A stretch of 64,000 nucleotides of DNA, taken from contig NC_073406.1 of the NCBI RefSeq assembly GCF_028641065.1, positions 2,728,001-2,792,000 on the forward strand. Direction: 5' to 3'. Each line of letters opens with the position of its first letter. Positions within the stretch are counted from its first letter, which is position 1. Under the pieces are notes generated by a model. The model did no database searches, had not been told where the DNA came from, and worked only from the letters and a program-made list of their open reading frames with translations. The position numbers and the translations under genes were made by a program. Source of the DNA: Leucoraja erinacea. Taxonomy: Eukaryota. Positions 13,901 through 26,600 of the stretch are shown one piece after another.

Positions 13901-16900
13901 TTGACAAAGGAGAGATGTGACTAATAAAGCAGATGCTGCTTTTGTGTGAAATTGGAGAGCTCCAGAACTGTTGGAAAATCGCATTGGAGATGGTTTACAA
14001 TTTAAGAGGATGAAGTACCTTCATATTTGCACAAATATGTCGTGTAAATTTTGCGTTATTAATTTTGTGATGCTAACTGAAGCGTAACAAAATAAAAAAC
14101 TGCAGCTCAAGGTGAAAGTATTTTAACGTAGTAATGGAGAAGCATTGGAAGTCTTTTGATGCTTTGCCTCATCTTTCAGTAATTTAAGATTTTACTGATA
14201 TTTTTACTTTTAAACTATTCAGAATACCAAGACAAGTTGGTTAATATAATGCAGCATTTTGTGCACTGGATGTATCCTGGTTATAGTAAGATATTAAAAC
14301 TAGGTAAACCGGTGAGTTAATTCATGATATGCAGTTAGCTATTGACCAAATAGTTACAGCTAAAATCTCAAGTGTTTTTTGCTCTTTATGTTCTGCAAAT
14401 GGTGATTTTAAACATGTAAACAAATACAATGAATTTTCAAGCCATGCACACGCAGAATTTATTTTAAGACATGAATTTCTTCACCTGTGCAATGTTTTTT
14501 TTTATGAATTGTGTTCCGAATGTAAATATCAAAAAAGTGCCAGGTAGTTATCAGTTTGAAGACGGGTCCCATATCGAAACGTCATCTGAACATTTCCCTC
14601 CCTTGGGAGAAACCAACATCAGATAAGATTTGTTATTAATTATGACATCCACCTGTCCAATAATTATAGAGTGAAATGTTGCACAGTTTTTATACTTAGA
14701 CATTGGCGGAGACGTTATCCTATCATCCACAATTCTCTTTCATTCCAGTTTGATTAGGAGTTTAAAACATTGGAACAACAATATTATTACTGACCGTTGG
14801 CATTTGTGCCACTTTAGCAAGGATTTTTTAAACATAATAGTAGAACTTGTAAATGTTGCTTGTCCTAACTTCAGCACAATAGAAAAATGGTTTCCATTAA
14901 TTTGGAAACACATTCTGAAATTTTGACAAATAAAGCAGACTCTCCACTTTACCGAAAACTCAACTTGAATTCCTGATTGTAAATGTTTTATCACAGTCCA
15001 ACACTTGTCTTTTTGCCCTATGTAAACTTAAGAGCAGTTCATTTTATAGAGTGTAAAACAGAGGCAACTGTGCCAACCCTGATATTGGATGTGTTTCCAG
15101 ACCGAGGGGGAACATTAGGAGAAACCTTGTATTATAATATACCCTAAGTAGTATATTATGCAGATGTAGGTAGGAATTAAATTTAACTTGTATTTAAGAG
15201 AGAGAAAAATATTTGAACATCTGAAAACTGAATTTATGCTTTTACGGCTTATTTCATAAACACAATGTTCTTTAAACATTGGGATAGGAATGGGAGGGAA
15301 AAGTATGAAAATGTACACTTTATGAATAAGCTGAGTGTTCTGGTGCACTGAACTGTACAGCTGTGAAGTTTGAATTTATTGATGGTATTACTAACTGCTT
15401 TTCTCTGTAGAACATTGTGTTTAGAGCAAAGTATTTTGTGAAAGTATGACTGTGCATGCTAGACTGGGTGCCTTGTTCAAATGGGATTATGAAGCAGTTG
15501 TCGAAAGGCCACAAATGAGTTTTGGGTATAAGGCATTTGCACAACCAGCTGTCCTTGACAACATTAGGAAAGTAACTGAGGCAATTTCAAAGAACAAATC
15601 TTGGAAATTTGTGCAACTTAACCTTTACCAAGATGATGGTTTGGAAGATGTGCATTACATTTGTTTTCACTGGCCTTTGTTGGGGGTAAAGCAGTATCAG
15701 GTGCTGCATTTTCATGTTTTGTGGAAAATAATTTACTGATTGTTTCTCTTTAGGTAAACTACAGTGAAGTGATGGCTGCTGCATTTTCAACCCAGCAGTT
15801 CAAAATCTATAACCCTGACCTTACATTGCATTTACACATTCTACAAAAGGGGCTGTGAATAGCATCTAGCAACAGTGATATGTGTAATTACATTGTCTTC
15901 AGGATCAAATTACTGGAGTTGCAAATAGTCAAAATAAAATTGGAATATCTGTTTTGTTCAAAATAATATGCTATACCCTTGGGCTGCAGTCCTGAATGGT
16001 GCAATAGTAAACTGCACCAAAAGGACATTGTACATAAGCTGACGATTTTTTATAGACCTAAATTTGTAGCTTTTTTTGATCTTGCCCAAATGGCAGCTAG
16101 AATTTGAAAATTTATAAACTTATGTAAATTTTTCATGTTTTGTCACAAAGCATATTTTATAAACACTTTTTTAAATCATTTGTATTTGTTTTTAAGTATT
16201 GTTCCACTGGTGAATTGTCATCTGGTATGAAAGGAATCTGAAATAGAAAATGTTCTACTTGTAGAGCTGATTCCACATTACGTGATACCTGTGCAGCCTG
16301 GTTGACACCTGAGTGACCGCAGCCCAAAGGTAATGAAGCAAATGGTAACTTATTTTCCAATAGAAGTACGTCAAGATTTTGTTTCTGATAATATGAGTGA
16401 TATCTCTGTCCATTAATACAAACTACCTTTTTTTTCCCCATGAAGAGACAAACTCTTGGCCAATCTCATTCTTTTTGGACAATCATCTCATTCAGCTAAG
16501 GGTTACCAATTGTATTATTTTTATTATTCTGTGTGAGTGTGTGAGAGAAGTGAGCACATGCATGCTTTGTGATTGTACAGCTATTAAGAGTGTGGTTAAA
16601 TGGTTGACATGCATTGTTTGAAACATTTGAAGGACTAATGAGATCGATAATACTTGGTAGTGGTTTAATTATCATTTGAATGGGAGTAAACTGAATTCTT
16701 AAGATCAGTATTGCACTTTTCTTCCCTATGTACAGTGCCCTCCATAATGTTTGGGACAAAGACCCATCATTTATTTATTTGCCTCTGTACTCCACAATTT
16801 GAGATTTGTAATAGGAAAAAAAATCACATGTGGTTAAAGTGCACTTGGTCAGATTTTAATAAAGGCCATTTTTACACATTTTGATTTCACCGTGTAGTGT

Positions 16901-19100
16901 TTATACATAGTCCCCCCATTTCAGGGCACCATAATGTTTGGGACACAGCAATGTCATGCAAATGGAAGTTGTCTTGTTTAGTTTTTTGTTGCATATCCTT
17001 TGCATGCAATGGCTGCTTGAAGTCTGGAATTCATGGACATCACAAGTTGCTGGGTGTCTTCTCCGATGATGCTCTGCCAGGCCTGTAATGCAGCCATTGT
17101 TGGCTTATGCTTGTTTTAGGGGGTAGTCCCCTTCAGTTTTCTCTTCAGTATATAAAAGGCATGCTCATTTGGGTTCAGATCGGGTGATTGACTTGGCAAC
17201 TCAAGAATTTACCATTTTTTAGCTTTGAAAACTCCTTTGTTGCTTTAGCAGTATGTTTGGGATCATTGTCTTGCTGCAGAATGAACCGCCGGCCAATGAG
17301 TTTTGAGGCATTTGTTTGAACTTGAACAGATAGAATGTGTTTATACCCTTCAGAATTCATTATGCTACCACCATCAGCAGTTGTATCATTAATGAAAATA
17401 AGGGAGCCAGTACCTTCAGCAGCCATACATGGCAGGCCATAACACCCCCACCACCGTGTTTCACAGATAAGGTGGTATGCTTTGGATCTTGGGCAGTTCT
17501 TTCTCTCCTCTATACTTTGGTCTTGCCATCACTCTGATATAAGTTAATCTTCGTCTCATCTGTCCACAAGACCTTTCTCCAGAACTGTGGTTGCTCTTTT
17601 AAGAACTTCTTGGCAAACTGCAATCCGGCCATCCTATTTTTGCGGCTAACAAGTGGTTTGCCTCTGTATTTCTGTTCATTAAGTCTTCTGTGGACAGTGG
17701 TCATTGGCAAATCCACACCTGACTCATGAAGAGTGTTTCTGATCTGTTCGGACAAGTCTTTGGGGATTTTTCTATATTATAGAGAGAATTCTTCTGTCAT
17801 CAGCTGTGGAGGTCTTCCTTGGCCTGCCACTCCCTTTGCGATTAGTAAGCTCACCAGTGCTCTCTTTCTTCTTAATGATGTTCCAAACAGTTGATTTTGG
17901 TAAGCCTAAAGTTTGGCTGATGTCTCTGTAACAGTTTTATTCTTGTTTCTCAGTCTCATAATGGCTTCTTTGACTTTCAATGGCACATCTTTGGTCCTCA
18001 TGTTGATAAACAGCAATAAAAGTTTCCAAAGGTGATGATGGAAAGACTGGTGGAAAGACTAGGTGCTGAGAGCTCTCTTATACCTGCATTAAGGAGCCAA
18101 TTAAACACACCTGAGCAATTACAAACGCCTGTGAAGCCATGTGTCCTGAACATTATGGTGCCCTGAAATGGGGGGACTATGTATAAAGACAGCTGTCATT
18201 TCTACATGGTGAAACCAAAATGGATAAAAAATACCCTTTAATAAAATCTGACAATGTGCACTTTAAACACATGTGATTTTTTTTTTTCTATTACAAATCT
18301 GAAATTGTGGAGTACAGAGGTAAATAAATAAATGAAGGGTCTTTGTTCCAAACATTATGGAGGGCACTGTATGTGGATTTTGTAACAATTAACCAACTGG
18401 AGTTTTATTACATTTGTAGATGGATAAGTCGTTGTGACATGAACTACACAAATAACAGAAAATACAAATGTATGGAAACCTTTATTATCCTAATATTTAA
18501 AAATATTCATCTCACTTAAGATTTGATACAAAAGCAGGAAATCAAACAATGAAGGATAAAACATCAACTGAGGATCCCTCTATTTAGATGTGTGAAGAAT
18601 ACAGAATGTAAGCAGAATATTAAGATAAGAGAACGTTTATCACCCCCTCCCACCCTACCCTGTTTTTGCAGTAATGCTGTATGATTATATTCTCAACTTC
18701 TACCATGTATTTCCTTCAGCCTCTATGGCACTAAATAAATGCAATGCAAAGTCCCCATAGTAGTGAATATATAAAGATCCATAGGTGTGGGGTTAAACCT
18801 CAACAATAAAAACTGTGAACATTACATTTGTTAAACGATATTTAACACTATGACTCCAAGTTTGTGTTTTTTAAAGAATGTTATTAAAGTATTAGCCTTA
18901 GCCGTTTTGCAAATATCACGTTGGAGTTTATAGAATGTTTTATGGATCTAGCAGTTTGTGAAACTCCCTCAAGTGGTATTTGAATAATTAGTTGAAACGG
19001 CATGGCTGTGATGTTAGTTACATTGATCATGGTAAATACTGTACATATATTCTGTTTCACTTTTCTAGAATGTAATAAAATGTTTCATAGAAACTAAAAT
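10981..19100 (+). other. RIMKLA: Probable long 3' UTR of RIMKLA
   Basis: AT-rich and nearly free of the SINE/LINE/Penelope copies that fill the rest of the window. TGTA(A/C)ATA motifs at 13673, 13796, 14521, 16029 and 19040; AATAAA at 19074-19079. The end point is inferred. Confidence 0.5.
16733..18369 (-). mobile_element. Tc1-like DNA transposon (DD34E), full length, with frameshifted transposase
   Basis: TA flanks at 16731-32 and 18370-71. ~210-bp TIRs begin CAGTGCCCTCCATAATGTTTGGGACA and contain an inner direct repeat (IR/DR layout). The transposase runs ~18001-16978 on the minus strand with GRPRK, WTDETK, QQDNDPKH and SPDLNPNE motifs, broken by frameshifts and stops. Confidence 0.92.
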
Positions 19101-20672
19101 CATTTATTAAGCTGAATTGTGCTTTCTAACAAAAATCGAACGATAAGTGAAGGGCTATGTCGAATACGGATGCATCATATGTGTTCTGCAATGAAACAGC
19201 CTCTTGGAAAACATTCCGCCGAGATTTTTGTAAAATGTCAACATTAAACACTCACGTTTGAACTGAGAAGTTGGTTTTGAATTTTCATTGGATCCGTATG
19301 GCACAAATATGCTCAGAGCCAGTGTGCTTTGTTTTCCATATTTAAATTTTATCTATGATTTACTGGATTACACAGGCAAATTTTGGTCAATCTGTACCAC
19401 ATTGGATGGGGAAACTATGGGCTAGTCAAACTGAAAGTATCTGCATCTACCACCCGCAATGCTATTGAGTTGCAAATCCCTATAAAGCTGGGTAGGATGA
19501 AAAGAATCAACTCTCCACGAAACTCTGCTAACTTATTTTCTTAAATCTTAAAGTTGGTTATGTTGCTCTTTAAAAACAATCACTAAAGTGCTGTTGATTG
19601 CCGCATCATGTGGATTAATGCAGAGACCCCACAGATGCTTACTCTACTCTGTCAAGAACCATTGGTAAAATGGGGTGGACGGCGAACCGGCCATGACAAC
19701 ACTAAGGGTGTATGTGGTTGGTCTAGGAATCATTTGATAGAAATCTTCCGAGTTACAGGCCGTTCTGCCCAGTTCCAGATCTTAATCAGTTACCTTGTAC
19801 ATTATGGATTTTCAGTTTGCTTGTCTGGGCTTTGTTTAAATAAGATTATATCTGTTTCTAACGTTCTTCCCGGCAGTCAGTTCCAGCTCCAGGTTTTATT
19901 TTGGCTCACTGTCCCCACCTTATCAATGCTTTTTAAGTGCATAAACAGTAGAAACAAGAAGCTGCAGATGACAGTTAATACACAAAAAGGACAGAAAGTA
20001 CTGGGGTAACTCAGCGGGTCAGGCAGGATCTCTGGAGAACATGGATAGGTGACGTTTCGGGTCGAGACTGAATGTCTGAAACATCACCTATCCATGTTGT
20101 TTTTCCCGACCAGAGATGCCGCCTATCCATTTTCTCCGGAAATGCTGCCCGACCTGCTGAGTTAATCCAACATTGGCAATAGTACAAAAACTCCTTGTTA
20201 TTACAGTTTTGTCGTTTTTGGTTGATATTCGGGGTGGAACGCAATCTCATAGAGATGTGTTATCAATGCTATTTTCACTTCGACTAAATCAAGTAGTTAA
20301 TTCCTGTATTTCCCCATCTGTGATTTTTTGCTTTACATAAATCAGTTTTGTATAAATTACTGACTTGAAAAGTGCCTATTAGATGGCTGTGAAACAAACA
20401 TATTGGCGCTTTACAAATACACGTCTGTGTGGTATGTTGCCAATATTTATTATATGATACTGGCTTTTGACCGCCACGGATGAAACTTGCATCGCCTGAC
20501 TTGCTATAATTCTTTTGTTAAAGAAACTCACAGTTTCCGGGTTTATTTTAATACATATATTGTTAAAATATTGCATTGCCTCAAGCCACTTCCACGTAAA
20601 TATTTGATGGTGTAACCGATTCTCCACTTTGGTATTAAAACTGAACATCCCGGCACACTGACATGACAACTT

Positions 20673-23600
20673 TCAGCATGTGTTAGCCCAGTCGTAGGGG
20701 GATGGTCCCTTCCCTCCGGGATATGAAAGTGCTTTTTTAGCCATTTCAAGGAGCCGTTGGATTGTCGAGATCTCATTTTTATCCTGTACGATCAACTCGG
20801 TATTTTGTAAAGCCAGTTCTCCATATTCAGTAGCCTACAAAAGGCAAGATACTGTATTAGAAGTTACAAAAATACCCCATAAGGCAGACAAAAGCTTCTT
20901 TGATCTCTGAACTGTACAGTGAAAAGCTTGTGTTGCGACCTAACCAGTCAGCAGAAAGCCAATACACGATTACAATGGAGCCACTCGTAGTGTGCAGATA
21001 CATGATAAGGGAATAACGTTTAGTGCAAGATAAAGCCAGTCAAGTCTGATCAAAGATAGGTCACCAATGAGGTGGGTAGTAGCTCAGGACTGCTCTCTAG
21101 TTGTGGTAGGATGGTGCAGTTCCCTGATAACAGCTGGCAAGAAATTCCCTGAATCTGGAGGTGTGTGTTTTCATACTTTTATGCCTTTTGCCCGATGGGA
21201 GGAAACTGAGCAAGTCAAATAGCTCCTGGAATCATGAAATATCCTCATCTTCCTCCCCATCCAAAATCCTGTCTTCAAAAGTCTATCGATTGCAGCTTTG
21301 GGATAGATAATCGATTGCAGCTCTCTTGGGATAGATAATTCCAAAACAAAATCACAGGTCTACCTGCTGTTATTCATTCCAACTATCTGCCTATCAAAAA
21401 AACCCTTGCCTGTGTCCATCTACTACCTGCCACGCTTTCTCCTGCCTCTCCCCCTCTTCCAGCTTCNNNNNNNNNNNNNNNNNNNNNNNNNNNNNNNNNN
21501 NNNNNNNNNNNNNNNNNNNNNNNNNNNNNNNNNNNNNNNNNNNNNNNNNNNNNNNNNNNNNNNNNNNNNNNNNNNNNNNNNNNNNNNNNNNNNNNNNNNN
21601 NNNNNNCCATCCGAAATGTCACCTATATATGTTGTCCAGAGATGCTACCTGACCTGCTGAGTTACTCCAGCACTTTTGCATATTAACCAACACCTGTTCG
21701 TAGTTTCCAGGTTAGTTGGCCCCTGCAAAATTGCCCCTAGTGTTGGGAGCGGATGCAAAAGTGGGATAGCATACAACTTGTGACAAAGGGTGGACTAGGT
21801 GGGCCGAATGGCCTGTTTCCATACTGTATCTCAATACTCAGTTCCTGGATTGTTTTCCTCCCTCAGTAAACCTGGTGTATTGCATTCTATTTCTGGCACT
21901 TAGGTACATCTTCGTGGTTGTGATATACTAGGACATTAACATCATGAAGTGGTGAAACAGGGCTGCAACTTTGAACCATTTACAATTGTACAATTCTTGC
22001 CTTCTTTCTATGGATTACACATATTGCTGTATGTATCAAACTCAGGTTGTGTTAGCAGTGCCAGAGCAAATTTTCAAGTGTTTGTTTTAGAGTTTCCTCT
22101 TAGTTAAATATTTAAACAGTAATATTATTTTTACCTCCAAGTTCTTGTGACTGTGACAAAATGCCTCAATTTATAAAATTCAAACAAACAGAACATGTTG
22201 GAAGCAGATAGGTCTGGTGGCATCCTGAGGAGGAGGATGTAAGGCTTAAAGTGTATTTTAAAGGGGATTTTTTCACACCCTGGGTACACAGTGGATTGTG
22301 GGAAGCTTAGCTCCAGGATTACATCAAGAAACAAATTATATAGGGGAACAAAAGATACAAAGTGCTGGAGTTACTCAGCGGTTCAGGCAGTTTCCCTGGG
22401 GAACATGGAACTTGAATTTGTAAACCAGCATCTGCAGTTCCTTGTTTCTACAATCGATTATATGCTGCAATCTGTAAAGGATGACTCCAACATACACCAG
22501 AAATCAGCTCTTCCATTTTCCCATCTAAATGCCTGGAACGACACTAACATTTATGGTGAAGATTGAGACACAAGGAACCTCTGATGCTGGAATCCTGCAT
22601 AGAACAGGTGCTGGAGTTTAAATGTTTTTAAACAATATAACAGGATAAAATAAGTTGTGGCAGCAATATCAGTTATAATCACAGCTGTGAGAAGGGATAG
22701 CTTGATTGATGAGCACAAACAAGGCTATGAGCTGAACTAAAATAAGAATAGAAGAACAATGAGACTTTCCAGTGTATCACATGCCTCCAAAAACAATGAG
22801 GTAGAAGATATATTTAAAATAATGTTCAGGAAGGAACTGCAGATGCTGGAAAATCGAAGGTAGACAAAAATGCTGGAGAATCTCAGCGGGTGCGGCAGCA
22901 TCTATTGAGCGAAGGAAATAGGCAACGTTTTGGGTCGAAACGTTGCCTATTTCCTTCGCTCCATAGATGCTGCCGCACCCGCTGAGTTTCTCCAGTATTT
23001 TTGTCTATTTAAAATAATGTTGTAGTTCCTCCTCAAAATAATTGCGTCTTTCCAACCTTTATACAGCTGATGAACTGTGCATTGTTATGGCCTGTGCATT
23101 TCTGTGAACTGATAAATGCATTTTTAAGTTAATATTAAAGCAATTCAATTTAATTTTTCAGTTGAGACCTTACAGAGGTGTATGAAATTCATTAGGATGG
23201 GGTGAATGCACAGACTCTTTTGCTCAGGGAGGGGATAACTCAAGGACAACAGTCTAACCTACTGTTCCTTCAGTCCTGGAGAGCCCGCAGAGCAAGTTGC
23301 CTACCCTGGTAATAGAGGATGGATAAAGGCAGTAGGGAGAAAGGATCAAGCAGTGGAAACATTTTTAGATGGAGGTGAGGAAGCACAAGGGGCATGAAAC
23401 ATTGATGCAGCGGTGGGCGGCGCGACTCTGGTCAGCAGCGGCCTCTGCAGTCTGTCCGCGTTTTATTTTCTGTCTGTGTTTTTATGTAGTTTTTGTTATT
23501 TTATGTTGGGGTGTGTGTGTGGGGGGGCGCGGGCGGGAAACTTTTTAAATCTCTCCCTGCACGGGAGACCCGACCTTTCTCGTCGGGTTTCCGTTGTCGT

Positions 23601-26600
23601 TGGGGCCGCAACGAGGAGCGGCCTCCAACAGGAAGAGACCGGGGACTCTGGTGCTACGACTCACCGTTGGCAGTCCGAGACCTTGGACAGAGCTGCTGTA
23701 TGAAATTCGCTGGATGGGGACCGAAGTCACAGGCTTCAACTTTTGCGGACGGCGGCAGGGAGGCGGGTAGGGAGACCGCTTTTTTCAGGACAACTTCCCC
23801 CGCCCTAGTTGCGGGGTTGAAGAGCTCCTGGAGCGGGGCCTGACATCACTGCCCCGCGCGGCTTGGAATGGCCGCGGGACTCTGCGAGCGCACGCCAGGG
23901 GCTCTAACACCAAGACCCGGTGTGCGACCTTGCATCACCCGGCGTGGCTTTAATGGCCGCGGGACAATCGCCATCGCCAGCCGGGGGCTTTGACTTTGAC
24001 TCTGACATGGGGGGGGGGGAGAGTGCAATGGATAGATAAGTTTATTTGGCCTTCCATCACAGCGATGTGATGGATGTTTATGTAAATTATGTTGTGTCTT
24101 GGGTCTATTTGTAATGTATGGCTGCAGAAACGGCATTTCATTTGGACCTCAAGGGGTCCAAATGACAATTAAATGTATCTTGTATCTTGTATGGGAATTG
24201 TCTATATGGCCCTAAGTGGGTCGGTGTAACCTAGAGCACCGAATAAACGACATGAAAATCAATAATCTTCAGGAACTTTAATCTACATATAGACTGGGTA
24301 AACCAAAGTAGTTGCAATAGTGTGGAGGACACATCCATGGAGAGTATAAGAGATGGTGTTCTGGACCTGCTAAAATGGGAACCGGGGAGATTGTCTGTTG
24401 TAGATCTGGTATTGTGCTATAAACATACAACATTGACCAGTGTAGCAAAGGAAAATAACCTACAGCTGCAATGTCTGTGCCGAACATTCATATCATTTCA
24501 CCACCTACCAAGTGTTTTTCCATTAACATATGTATGCTTTTTGTCATTATATATGTTATAATGAAATTGTATTTGTTATAGAAAGCTTTTTCATCAAAAA
24601 GATAAACATCAATATATGTTGTGCATGCAATATTAGATACCCATCATTCATGGACAGTCAATTCGATCCGTTACCTCCAAGATAATAACATTTGATAGCT
24701 CAATATGTTAGATTATCTGACATATAGAAGGTTTAATGAATTGTGTCAGATTAATGAAAATTGACTCTATTCAACAAATCAAGTCTACTTGGGTCAATTT
24801 CTAATGATTTGTGCAACCTACTGGGTTATTCTCCTGAAAGAACAATGTGAAGCGTACCTTATTGAAGTTCATGAACAGGTAGTAAAGCATGGCCAGGGTG
24901 TGGGCAATGCTTCCAATTTTGCCTTTTTTCACAAGGAGCTCTTGGTTACGCAGGTTAAAGATTGCATGCAACACCTTGACTGCTTCTGCTTCCTGGGCTT
25001 CATCTTCGGGAGAACCAAGCAACACAAAAAAAATGTATTTAAAAACAGAATCTCGTGGAAGAAATGCTGAGAAAGGCTTTTCTAAACTAACAAGAACTAA
25101 GCATTCATTGACACTACACTCTTGGAAGTAAAAAGTGGACTAGGAATACATTCGGTGCACATATATAAAAATGACACCTATACTCTGCACATTGAATCGC
25201 GAGGAAAGATAGCGCAGACTAGGATATACCTGAGAATTGAGAGGGTGATGGAATTAATTGAAGTATAGACTGTTAAGGGTGATGAACTGTATAATGTGTT
25301 AAGCTGTCCTGACATACCACTTGTATTTTCCATTGTGGATTCCCGGATATAATTAGCTTTGAGACCTAGAAATATCAGCCACAAGTCCTGTCTCCAATTG
25401 CTCAATGCTGACCTCTGCTGGTGAGTTGTGTTCAAGCATGTAGGAACGAGGAACTGCAGATGCTGGTTTACAAAAAAAGACACAAAGTGCTGGAGTAACT
25501 GCGGGTCCAGCAGCATCCCTGGAGAATACATGGATAGGCGACGTTTTGTGTCGGGACCCTTCTTCAAACTGTGATGGGGTGGAGGGCCTCTTCTCTTAGC
25601 TACAGTCTGAAGAAGAGTCCTGACCCGAAACGTCCCCTATTCATGTTCTCCAGAGACCCGCTGAGTTACTCCAGCACTTTGTGTTCCTGAATGTTGGCTG
25701 AGGACTGGAATAACATTGACCAAAAGGATGACAATTTTATAAAAAGGTATGGAGTTACAAGGCGAAGCTAATTCAGGACTGAAACAAAGTAAGGGTTAAA
25801 ACTTTCTTCTCCCTGCCACCCCCCATCAGTCTGAAGAAGGGTTTCGGCCCGAAACGTCGCCTATTTCCTTCGTTCCATAGATGCTGCTGCACCCACTTAC
25901 GATCACCCGTTTACACTGGTTCAATATTATCCCACTTTCGCATCCACTCCCTACTCATTGTGGGTGATTTACAGTGGCCAATTTACATATACACCAAGTC
26001 TTTGGAGTGCGGGAGAGAACTGTAGCACCCCGAGAAAACCCACAAGGTCACAGAGAGAATGTACAAACTCCATGCAGACAGCATCCGAGGTCAGGTTCAA
26101 ATCCAAGTCTATATGACTCTTATGATTTTTATTTTTTTTTTAGCTGTCCAACAACTAACACACCATTTTGAGGTCCTTCATGCCAAGTGTCCAAAGTCAG
26201 TCAATTTAATTAGTTTGCTATGTGATATTGACAATGTTACCAAACTTAATTATCTTTTCCTGGGACATTTTAGAGTAATAATAATAATATCTTTTATTGT
26301 CATTGCACAGAGGTGTAACGAGATTTGGTATGCAGCTTCCATCCGATATCATAACTTAATCAACTAAAAATTTAGATACCCAGAGAAACATGATTTATAA
26401 AAAAAACAGTAAAACAGTATAAAGTGAGTAGTCTTGTTCATCAGTAGGACTTGTTCAACATTTGTTCTAGACAGGCAATTGAACCATCCTATCAACAACT
26501 ATAGAGTGGTCCTGAGCTGCCATCTACCTCATCGGAAACCCTTGGACTATCAGACTTATCTTGCACTGTATGTTATTCCCTTTATCCTGCATCTGTGCAC

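Noticed and set aside
23411-23460. HDV-like ribozyme at the head of the GC-rich retroposon
   Set aside because: Only a partial P1-like pairing; P3/L3 and J4/2 could not be assigned.
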